Source: Octopus bimaculoides
Taxonomy: Eukaryota
NCBI RefSeq assembly: GCF_001194135.2
Contig: NC_069000.1
Location: 24,814,642 to 24,851,030 of the forward strand
Reading direction: 5' to 3'
Length of the DNA: 36,389 bases
Of this stretch, positions 10,301-22,300 are shown piece after piece (position 1 is the first letter of the stretch; each line of letters begins with the position of its first letter). The notes under the pieces are model-generated. The model did not search any database, was not told the DNA's origin, and was given only the letters and a program-made list of their open reading frames with translations. The position numbers and the translations under genes are program-made.

Positions 10301-13300
10301 TTTCTGTTTTTTGCTTTCACTAATAAAATGAAGTTATAATGCATCAGCTGAGGAGGGATGTAACATAATGATTACAACAAAATTCATTAAAAACTAAAAA
10401 CCATCTAACATTATCAGAAAAAAAGCATAGAAAATAATCATTTTGAAGATCCCTTTTTTTATTTCTTTTCCTTGTTACTTTTATAGAAGCAACTTCGAGA
10501 AGTTGCTGTCATTGTCACGGGAGGAATGATTTGCTTCTCAGGCATCTCATTATATCAGGGAAATGAGAAGTTCTACAGGCAGTTTGTAATGCCAGCTGTG
10601 AAAATCTTGAGTCCTGAGAATGCGCACAGGCTTGGTGTTGCCTTAGCAAAATATCAACTCTTTGGAAGGTCATCTGTAGCTGATCCTGCTATTCTGGTTA
10701 GTATTTTTATTCTGGTTTGCGTATGTTTGTATGCATATCTGTATTGCATTTTCTCTCTCTCTCTCTTGCCTCCCTCTCACTCTTACCCCTTTCACTCTTC
10801 CCCCTCTCTCTATGCATTTACTTGTTTACCTGTTTGTTACTGTTTATCCTCAGGTCAACCCAAGTAAAAGAGATCTTAGATGAAAGGCCATTCTAACCAT
10901 GGCCATGCCATTTTCTGGAATAGTTTATCATGGACAATATTCCCCAATGTGTTCATATTTATTGTCATCTTTTTAATCTGTATAAGTAGGAACTGCAGTT
11001 ACTAATATGAAGCTAAATAAGTTGGAAGTTCAAGTTGATGATAATGGTGCATCTAGCACATTTTAAAGAAGAGTGTGAAACCATCTTCTTTGACATGCTT
11101 TTCCACATCTAGCACGTAATTAAAACATGTAACTGAAATCCATTTTTCCAGTGGTTCATTTTTATATGTGCTCTAGCATTTCATTCAATGAAAATGACCT
11201 ACAGTGTTTGGAGAGCTTAATCCAAACTTACAAACTAGACATGTTTTACTCAACAAATTCTTGCAGAACCATTTTCTGAAGGATGTCTCTCATCATCATC
11301 ATCATCGTTTAACGTCCGCTTTCCATGCTGGCATGGGTTGGACGGTTTGACTGAGGACTGGCGAGCCAGATGGCTGCACCAGGCTCCAATCTGATCTGGC
11401 AGTTTCTACAGCTGGATGCCCTTCCTAATGTTAGCCACTCCGAGGGTGTAGTGGGTGCTTTTACGTGCCACCGGCATGAGGGCCAGTCAAGCGGTACTGG
11501 CAATGGCCACACTCGAATGTTGTTTTTCATGTGCTGCCGGCACAAGTGCCAGTAAAGCAACGCTGGTAACGATCACGCTTGAATGGTGCGTTTTACATGC
11601 CACCGGCACAGAAACCAGTCCGCAGCCCTGGCAATGATCATGCTCAGATGGTGCTCTTAGCACTCCACTGGCACAGATGCCAGTCATGCGGTGCTGTCAT
11701 CAAATTTGATTTCAATTTTGATTTCACTTGCCTCAACAGGTCTTCGCAAGCAGAGTTCACTGAAGGAAAGGTACGCAGAAGTGGGCTGGTTACACCACTG
11801 GCATTGGCCTGCCTCAGTAAAGCCTAATGTTCAAAAGTTGTGCTTCACCGCCTCATCCCAGGTCTTCCTGGTTCTACCTCCTCCACAAGTTCCCTCAACT
11901 GCTAGGGTATGACACTTCTTCACATAGCTATCCTCATCCATTTTCACCACATGACCATACCAGCGCAGTTGTCTCTCTTGCACACCACATCTGATGCTTC
12001 TTAGGTCCAACTTTTCTCTCAAGGCACTTACACTCTGTTGTGTACGCACACTGACATTACACATCCAGTGGAGCATACTGGCTTCATTCCTTGCTAGCTA
12101 ACACTTGTCCTCAGCAGTCATGGCCCATGTTTCACTGCCATGTAGCATGGCTGTTCGTACACATGCGTCATACAGTCTGCCTTTTACTCTGAGCGAGAGG
12201 CCCTTTGTCACCAGCAGAGGTAGGAGCTCTCTGAACTTTTCCCAGGCTATTCTAGCAGCTACACTTTCAGAGCACCCACTCCCACTAATGACTTGGTCAC
12301 CTAGGTAACAGAAGCTATCAACTACTTCAAGTTTTTCTCCCTGGAATGTGGCAGAAGTTGTTTTCTGCACATTTGCAGTTGTTTATTGCTCCTGAGCATC
12401 TTCCACATCCAAAAACTATTTTCCACAAGCTCCCTTACCTCCCAAACTGCAGCTGCTCCTTTTGTTCCCTTGTTAATAGAATTTTTGCCAACTGATGTTT
12501 CAGTTATAGGCATTCCTGCAAAGAAAACCTCCACATTTGCTGCCTACCAACATGCTACACATGCTAGGCTGGTCTCATCTAAAGTTATCCTTTTCCATTT
12601 CACTATGCTCATCACCACTTACTTGTACATACCATTTGCAAAAGTTACCTCTGGATGCTTCAAACCTTTGGAGCACATTACAATGAGCTAGCTCATATTC
12701 AATCTCTCCTTTTCTCTTCTGTGATCTTCTTAGATCTTTAGAAATATGCTATAGAATATCAAATTACTAAGAAAGGTAATACCCTTGGCCCTTCCAGCAA
12801 TCACCCTATTTTATCCCTTTAATATTCAGATTACTTTGTCAAATGTAATGTTTTTCTTTATTCACATTACTTTGAATTAATCATGCAGCTTCGCGGTTTT
12901 GACAATGTAATTGTTTATTTCTAGAATAACAATGTTGGGTAGGTGTGAGAGGTTAGATCTGGTTAGTTTAAACATAAATCATCGTCATCATTTAGCATCT
13001 GCTTTCCATGCTGGCATGGGTTAGATGGTTTGACTAAAACTGGTAGTTGGAGAGCTGCGCTAGGTTCCAGTCTGATTTGGCATGGTTTCTATGACCGAAT
13101 GCTCTTCCTTACATCAACTATTTCAAGAGTGTAATGGGTGCTTTTCATATGCCGTTGGCATGGGTGCAAGCTGTGTGACACTGGCATCAGCCACAACTAC
13201 AGTTTCACTTGGCTTGATGAATCTTCTCAAGCATGGCATATCACCAAAGGTCTCAGTCACTTATCACCTTCATGAGATCCAATGTTATAAGGTGCTTTTT

Positions 13301-16300
13301 ATGTGCTACTGGCATGGGTACCTGTTATGTGACACCAGCATCGGCCATGACTATGGTTTCACTTGGCTTGATGGCTCTTGTCAAATGTCACATTGCCAAA
13401 GGTCTCGGTCACTTGTCATTACTTCTGTGAAGCCCAACATTCGAAGATCATGATTTACCACCTCGTTCCATGCCCTCCTGTGTATACCTCTTCCACAGGT
13501 TCCCTCCACAGTTAGAGAAATTGGCACTGTTTTACACAGCTGTCCTCATCCATCACATGACCATATCAGTGCAGTCGTCTCTCTTGCATGCCACATCTGA
13601 TGCCTCTTATGCCCAGGTTGAATATTTGGGCTGGATATGGCCAGTTTAAATGCTAAAGGGTTAAACGAATTTTGAGTCGAATTTGATTTCACTGTCAGCA
13701 CACCCTAACCTCTAATAGGTTTCCTGTCTCTTTGACTTATCTACCTCTACCACAGTGTCCTAAGTTCAATAGAAATTGCTGTTCCTTTGCTATTCTCTCA
13801 GGTGCTCCTAACTCACTCATCTTGCCACTCATCTATATCCATGCCCAGCACTAACCACTACGCACAAACACTCTTTCCTCCCCAGAATGTCAGCCTTCTT
13901 GAATTTTCTTCTGCTAATCTCAGAGAGCCTCCAAACTCCGTGAACACAGCTCCATCTTCCTGACCAAACTAATAAACTATAAAAACCTTTTTCTAATTAT
14001 TTGTTTTAAATTTAAAATACAATAAATAAGATATATTTGAATTTTCAAAATTATAAAGCCTGCTTTTGTTGTTATTTAGACTCAGATCAATCATGATCTA
14101 GCAAATCTGTATTCAAAGGTATTCAAGTTATGACATTCCCATCTTATTTTATAGTCAGTACATCTAGGACTAGATTATATTATGTGGCTTTCCTTTATTA
14201 TGACAGACAGTAGGTGTGATTTGAGGTAGATTTGACAGATTTATAGCAGATACTGTAAACATGTAGAGATTTGTTTTAAATTGAAACCACAAAAAGAAAG
14301 ATTATTTAAATATTCACATCACACTTATTTTATATAATTTTAGAAAACTAAGGTATGGGATCTTGAGTTCCGCAATCCTGTGGGTGTGGCAGCTGGTTTC
14401 GATAAACATGGAGAAGCTGTTGACGGACTTTTGAAGATTGGTTTTGGTTTCGTAGAAGTTGGCAGCATCACCCCAAAACCTCAGCCTGGCAATCCAAAGC
14501 CGAGGGTGTTTCGATTAGATGAAGATTGTGCTGTGATTAATAGGTAAGTTGTTAAGTTTGTGAAATCTACATTTGCTATGTGAGGCTTCCATATATCTTC
14601 TGGTTTTCTATCTGGAAAATTCTTCTCTGAGGTACTAACTTGTATAAGGTTTTTCATGGAAGACCAACAGATGCCCATACATGTAAATTGCCATGCTACC
14701 AGTATTATCCAGAGGGAAAGGAAAGGTCTGATACAGCTTGGCAATACTACTGGGTGCAGACATTGCTGTCAGAATACAGACCTGGAAAAGAAACTGCAAA
14801 GAATCTTGTCCAGTGATCTAACAATTCTGCTGAGTTACTGTACTGGACTGGTATTATATTTAATGACCCTGGAGGGATGAAAGACAATGTTGATTTGAAC
14901 TCAGGATGAAGTAAGATGGGAACAAATAATACAAGACATTCTATCTATGTTCTAACTTGCTTAGTTGCTGTCATCAACTACAATTACTGGAGCCTGTAAG
15001 AAAGCCATGATTTGGTCACTTGACCTTCTAGATGTAGCAGTTAAAATCTCCATAAAATCACTCTCTGCCATCTTAAAAATGGAAGGACACACTAAACAAT
15101 CTCATCATATGTTTACATGAACATATGAAAGCCATAACTGAAATATTTTTGATTATAAGGTTGGTTGATTCAAGACTGACTTGAGGCTAAACATTCAGCA
15201 TTGATTGTTTTTAAAAAGATATCTATGCTGTTACACATCACCTCTGTACCGCTATCCATTGCATGCTGAGGTACTGTGTACCTCAGCAAAGTGGAAATCT
15301 GGTATATCTGGAATAACACTGTGTAACAAAATTTTCATGTTTTTGTGTCTTTGGTCAGTAAGTGTTATTTCCTATTTGCTTCTATCAAGAAATCAAAGGA
15401 AATTACTACTATTCCCTTCAAACTTTGCTTTTGTGACCTGGACATCAATGTTTTGAAACTGACCTATTTTCCATTACATTTCAAACTGATTCAGTGATGA
15501 GTTGCTGAAGCAGAAAAATCGTTAAAGCTTATATTCTGCTCAATACCACAAATTTGATTGTCAGTTACTTGAGCATGTCCCTTAATTTGATTGTCAGTTA
15601 CTTGAGCATGTCCCTAATGATCTCTGATCATGAGCAGGAACAGTGGGAAAGCATCATAGTTATGTGTTGAGGCATTCTTTGGGGTTTGAATAAATGTAAC
15701 AAAAGCAAAGTTTGAAGGAAATATTTGCCATTTTTTTCATACTTTCTAGGAGTAAGCATATAGGAAATAACAGTTAGTGCCCATGGACAAAATTTGTGTT
15801 ATACAGTGAAATGGATCTATGGATTATATCAACTTCTTGCATGCCACATATCTTCTTGATGACATATTTGAATTTTTAAAATTATAAAGCATGCTTTTGT
15901 TATTTAGACTCAGATCTATCATGATCTAGCAAATCTGTATTCAAAGGTATTCAAGTTATGACATTCCCATCTTATTTTTTAGTGACTACATCTAGGACTA
16001 GATTATTGAGTGTGGCTTTCTTTTATTTTGACAGACAGTTGGGTGTGTTTTGAGGGAGATTTGACTGCTATTTATAGCAGATACTGTAGACATGTAGAGA
16101 TTTGTTTTAGTAATCTGTAAATTGAAACCACAAAAAGGAAGATTATTTAAATATTCACATCACACTTATTTTATATAATTTTAGAATACTAAGGTATGGG
16201 ATCTTGAGTTCTGCAATCCTGTCGGTGTGGCAGCTGGCTTCGGTAAACATGGAGAAGCTGTTGACGGACTTTTGAAAATTGGTTTTGGTTTTGTAGAAGT

Positions 16301-19300
16301 TGGCAGCATCACCCCAAAACCTCAGCCTGGCAATCCAAAGCTGAGGGTGTTCTGATTAGATGAAGACTGTGCTGTGATTGAACTCGTTGGCTGGAGTGCT
16401 GCACCAGGTTCTAGTCTGATTTGACATGGTTTCTACGATTGAATGCTCTTCCTAATGCCAACCATTTCAAGAATGTGATGGGTGTTTTTCACATGCCACT
16501 GGCATGGGTGCAAGTTACGTGACACTGGCATCGGCCACAACTATGATTTTACTTGGCTTGACAAGTCTTCTCAAGCATTGCATATCGCCAGAGGTTTTGG
16601 TCACTTATCATCTCCATGAGATCCAACGTTCAAATGGTGCTTTTTATGTGCTAATAGCATGGGTGTCTGTTATGTGACAATGCCTGGTCATGGAATAACA
16701 CAGCAATAATTACAATTGTTGGTTTTATTTTAAGGATAGCCAGTCTACTGGGCTTTATTGTCCCTGGTTTCCATGATGATGAACAAATAAAACAAATATC
16801 TCCTTAGGTAGGATAGTCTTTATTTGTAACTTAGTTTTACAGTGTTACTCCTAAGTAGTGCGCTCTATCACTCTGGTACCAAGGTGCAACTTAGTGCAGT
16901 CCTGTTCATTGAATATTTTCCCTGGCGAATTTTTGGCCTTGTTCCTATGTTAGGGATTATTATTAGGTGGTGGAGGGTGGAATTTTGCCCTGTATTTTTT
17001 TTTTTTTTCTGGCACTTTACATTCTGTGATCAAATTCTGGTGAAGTTAACTTTGCCTTCCCTCTTTTGGTGGGGTCACTAGAGTACTAGCCAAGTATTGG
17101 AATTGATGGTATTGACTCTCACACTTGCTGGCCTTGTAGCTAAATTAGAAATCATTATTAATATTAAGACAATAAGCTGGCTGAATTGTTATTGTGCTGG
17201 ACAAAATGTATTTCTTGTGACTCTTTTAAATCTGAGTTCATATACTGCCAAGGTCGACTTTACCTTTCATTCTTTCAGGGTTAATAAAATAAGCACCAGT
17301 TAAGCAATGGGATCGATGTAATTGATTTCTCGCTCCCCTCAAAATTATTACAGTTATCATTATTGGGATGACACAAGGTGGAGGGAACTGGCAGAAACGT
17401 TAGCACGCCGAGCGAAATGCTTAGCAGTATTTCCTCTGTCTTTATGTTCTGAGTTCAAATTCCGCCGAGGTCATCATTGCCTTTCATCCTTTCAGGGTCG
17501 ATAATTTAAGTACCAGTTGCGTACTGGGGTAGATCTAATCGACTGCCCCTCCCCCAAAAATTTCGGGCCTTGTGCCTAGAGTAGAAAAGATTATTGTGAT
17601 AGCATGCTGTGGAATTGTTAGTTTTGGAAAACGTCTTGTTCTTGTTTCAGCAATACATTCTGAGTTCAAATCATGCCATAGTCAGCCTTAGTTTTCATCC
17701 TTTTAGAGTTGATGGAATAAAGTACCAGTCGAGTAATGGGGATTGGTGTAATCGACTTTCTTCTACCAAAATTGCTGGCTTTGTGCCTAAATCAATATCA
17801 GGTGAGGGTTGTGGCAGAAATGATAAATTGCTAGGCTAATATACTTGTATTTAGAGTAATATCCTTTTATATTTTGAGATCAAATCCTACTGAAACCGAT
17901 TTTGTTTGTCATTTGCTTGGAGTTGTTAAAGTAAGTACCAGTTATTTATTGGAGGATATTCAATAGATTCAACTTCACCTACAAATGTTTGACTTGGAAC
18001 CAAAGGTGAAAATCGTCGCCATTACTATCTAGACGAATCATTAGCATGCTTAGCGGCATTTCACTCTTCTTTACTTTCTGAGTTCAGATTCTGTCGAAGT
18101 CGACTTCGCCTTTCGTCCTTTCGGGGTCAATAAAATAATACCAGCTGAACATTGGAGTCGATACAATCGACTTCTCCTTCTCCTGAAGTTGCTGTTCTTG
18201 TGTCAAAATTTGAAATCATTATTATTACAAGGGCGTTAAATTGCAGAATTAGACTTAATGTGTTACGTCCCTTGACATAACTCAGTTTAATTCAATGTTT
18301 GCGTTGATAAAATTAAATGCTAGTCAAATAGTGGAGTCAGTATATTCTCAGCTATTCTCTTGTGCCAAAGTTAGAAGTCCTTGCTCCTACTATCATTACT
18401 CATCATTGTAATTTTTATGCTCGTTTTTTCATATCTGCATGGCTTCAGTGGGTTTTTTTTTTAGTGTTGCTTGAATTGTTGTATATTGTTATCTCCTATG
18501 TGAGGTTTATTTCCTTGAGATTGACCACCACTATTTTACCTATGCCTCCCTTTATCATTATTTTTTGCAGCTTCTTTCTGTTTTGAGTGTTAAGCCCTTT
18601 ATCTAATTGTCATCCATCACATGTCCATCACAACACAGTCTTCTCTCTTAGGCACTCTATCTGAATACTCTTATACTTCTTTACATGCTCTTTCATGTAA
18701 CCTCCCCCACTAGCTGTATCTTCCTGTACTATCCTCAATTATCATCATCATTTATCACTAAAATCACCTAGTTATTATTACTCTAGGTATGGTTTCAACA
18801 GTGATGGGCATGAAGTGGTGTACAACCGTTTGATGGAGCGGAATAAGAAGACTGTTAAAAGTGAGAGTTTAAACCTCTTTTAATGATACAATAATTTGTT
18901 TAACTTTTTCTGTTTTCTTTTTTTTTTTTCTACTAAAACACCAATTTCCTTCTTTTTTTTTTTCTCCACTTCCATCATACCCACCTGTAATCAATAACAC
19001 TGATTGTGTTGTTGATTACACAACAGAGAACCTGCTGTACCCACTTCTTAAGTGAGGTACAATATGAATATGTAGTGTATAATTTTATTAGCTACTATAT
19101 AAATAAGTACAGTATTATTATATGGCTGGTGAATTCACAATTGTTTGTGCCAAATAGAATGTCTTGCAGTATTTGTTCTCACTGTCTGTGATCTGAGTTC
19201 AAATCTAGTTGAAGTCATATGGTGTAGTGGTTAAGAGTGCGGCTACTAACTCCAAGATTCCGAATTCGATTCCAGGCAGTGGCCTGAATAATACTAATAA

Positions 19301-22300
19301 TAATAACAACAACAACAACAACATCGAAAAATACCTTAGGAATGAGAACTGGTTTGAAATTTCCCCAGGACACCCGATGAAGGCTGGAGGGTATATCAGC
19401 CAAAACGTTGTGTTAACCACAAACAAGATGAGGACAAATATCTGTCAATTGTAAATAATGTACATAATTCCTCATCTCTTAAATATAGAACTGTATTGTA
19501 AGGTAGGTGTAAGAGGTTGGATCTGGCTGGTTTGAAAATAAATCAGAAAGAATATTTGGACTGGATATGACTGCTTTAAATGCTAAATGGTTAAAGTATC
19601 TGTTCTAATTCCACCTAAGTGCTGATGACCAGAGCTAATTATCATATCAAAAAGAACCCTGTCAATCTGTAATTGGCCAGTGTGGACATGTAAGCCTGTA
19701 AGTAGCCTAGATAAGTTGTTAACAGCATGCTGAGGTTTTCATCCAGTAGTTGATGAACAACAGTTAATGGGATATAATTATATTAAGTGCAGGTGTGGCT
19801 GTGTAGTAAGTTTACTTCCCAAACACATAGTTCTGAGTTCAGTCCCACTTGGGCAGGTGTCTGCTAGTATGGATAAATATTATCTTATTCAGAAATTAGT
19901 GAGGGTTGGTAGCAGGAAGGACATCCTGCCATAGGGAATCTGCATTAATAAATTTCATCCAACCCCTGGGAACATGGAAAAAATGAATGTTAAAATGATG
20001 ATGATGATGAACATATAATTAGGTATTATATCACCATCATCATCGTTTAACGTCCGCTTTCCATGCTAGCATGGGTTGGATGATTTGACTGAGGACTGGT
20101 GAAACCGGATGGCAACACCAGGCTCGAATCTAAATTTGGCAGAGTTTCTACAGCTGGATGCCCTTCCTAACGCCAACCACTCAGAGAGGATACTTTTTTT
20201 CTGCTATTTTTACAGTACTATTTTTATTGCCACAAGTGTCCCACTTGATAAATCATCAGGCACTTCATGCTTATCGTAATTTGCTTATGTTCAAAGTAAG
20301 TTAGCCACTATACTACCATGGCTTGATCTTAGCCTATTTGTGTAGGTCCACTTCCTTTTGATTTGAAAATACAAACTGGGTAGTGGTTCACTGGGATTTC
20401 TAAACAAGCCTTTACAGTGGGAGGTTGCTCCTTTCATTTTTTTCATCAGGCTTCCTTGTTTTCTATCTCAAATTAATGTTTTCAATATATCATAAAAGAA
20501 ACTATTAGAAGAAAGTTACCAATTTAATTATGTCTCTGAACAATAGCAATCCTACTCTACCTCTGCCTTCTGATGTATTTTCTTCCTCTTTCAGTTAACA
20601 CACTAATAGATGATTCCAGAAACATGTTGAACCTAAACTTTTGGGCTGATAAATTCAATTCTTTCACCTTCCAACACAAAGGTATCTTCAAGTATAATTT
20701 GTTAATGAATAAATTCCCATTACTTTGCTTCTCAGGTTTACCCCTACATATTAGTTTCATTCGGGTTTTTTTTTTTTTTTTTTTTTTTTGAAATTGTAGT
20801 TGATGAACAATGGCACCATTGATTATTACAGGTTTTCAACAAGTTAATCACTGGTTTTTATCATTTCTGATTGTGAGAAATCAATTAAGAAAAAGAAGAG
20901 ATAGATGATTAATGATCTAGCAAACAGTCAGAAATCTAGAGAGGTACTTGTTAAAACCTTTGATATCAGAGAAGAGGAGATAAAAACTCACAGCTTAACA
21001 GACAACTGGAAGTTCCTGTGGACTAAAGACAAGTCTGTGGCTGGTGCAAAGTTCCAGCCAGGCTGAAGGTGACATGGTGGTAGAACAGTGAGGTAGACAG
21101 AACCACAAGAACAAAGAGATGGGCTTGAAAAGACTAGAAGAATGGGAGTAGCACAGCATTATACCAGGGAGTTAGAAGTGAAGTTAGGGGACACACTTAC
21201 TTAGCAACGGAAAAATCTGAAATTGGGGTTTGCCATTGTTCTGTGACATGAGAACGAGAAGCACAAGGTATTCTAGATTGCAGGGTAGTGTACCAGAGAG
21301 AATTGTGATGTCGGTGAGAAATGTGTATAAATGGATAATAGTACACTTGCACTTAGTATACTATCTAGGAAGTGATGTGGAAGGGCTACTATGAAAGGCT
21401 CTGATGGAAGAAGGAGGGTCTCTCCAATATGGATTCAAATAGAGGGTCCAGCTGTTCTAGTTGACAGTAGTGTAGCAAATGAAGCAATTAAGGTGATGAA
21501 AGCAAGGGAAGCTTCTGGTCCACCAAGAATTACCACTGAGATGCTTAAAATATCTAGCAGAGTAAGGAGCAGACTAATCATCTTTATAGTTGTACAGAAA
21601 GGCGTTATGCCCAATGACTGGTGTAGCAGCATTATAGTCAATTGTTACACGGGCAAAAGTGATACTTTAGTGACGGGTAATTACTGGGGTATCAAATTGT
21701 TAGACCATGTCATGAAAGTTGCAGAAAATTATAGCTCTGTTAATTAGGGAAAGAGCCTAGATGAGATTTAGTTCTGATTTGTGCCAGGCAGAAGTACTAC
21801 CAATACCATCTTCCTAGTGAGATAGTTGCAGTACTGAGAATTCATCAACAGAGAGAAATCCTTTGACAGAGTTCCTTGCTTGGTAATCTGGTGAGCACTA
21901 AGGAAATTGCGAGTAGACAGATGGCTTGTTGGAGCTATACAAGCCATGTACAAGAGAGAAGTCTACATGGTGAGAGTTAGCAAAGAGTACAGTGATAAAT
22001 TTAGTGTGCAGGCAGGGATACAGCAGTGCTTGATGTACTGTCACCATCTATTTATCATAGTCCTCCAAGCCACGTCGGAGGAGTTTAAATTTTGAAAAAG
22101 TGCAAACTCATTGTTTGGGATGAAGCAACTATGTCCTATAAATGTTCCCCACAAGCACTTGATACCATGACGAGACCTTAGATCGAACAACAACATCCTT
22201 GGACGTGCGACTCTACTTCTTGCAAAAGATTTTCGACAAACTCTGCCTATTATACCCAAAAGTACACCCGATGATGAACTTAATGTCAAATGCTTTCTCC

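Noticed and set aside
15551-15614. 31-bp direct repeat (period 33); similarly an 18-bp repeat at 30908/30938
   Set aside because: Ordinary slippage-type microduplications with no functional hint.
16353-16355. Rescue of the pseudo-exon TGA by A-to-I editing or selenocysteine
   Set aside because: The donor is lost and D>G, P>L and R>C changes hit conserved positions; no SECIS evidence.
13047-16680. A-B ... B'-A' permuted order suggesting duplication through a circular DNA intermediate
   Set aside because: A and A' are ~84% identical by manual count, clearly lower than B and B', and the intervening 13336-14032 is absent from the copy. An independent RTE insertion is simpler.
19213-19285. tRNA gene
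   Set aside because: Boxes are degenerate, I could not build a complete cloverleaf, and it continues into a repeat body; treated as a SINE head.
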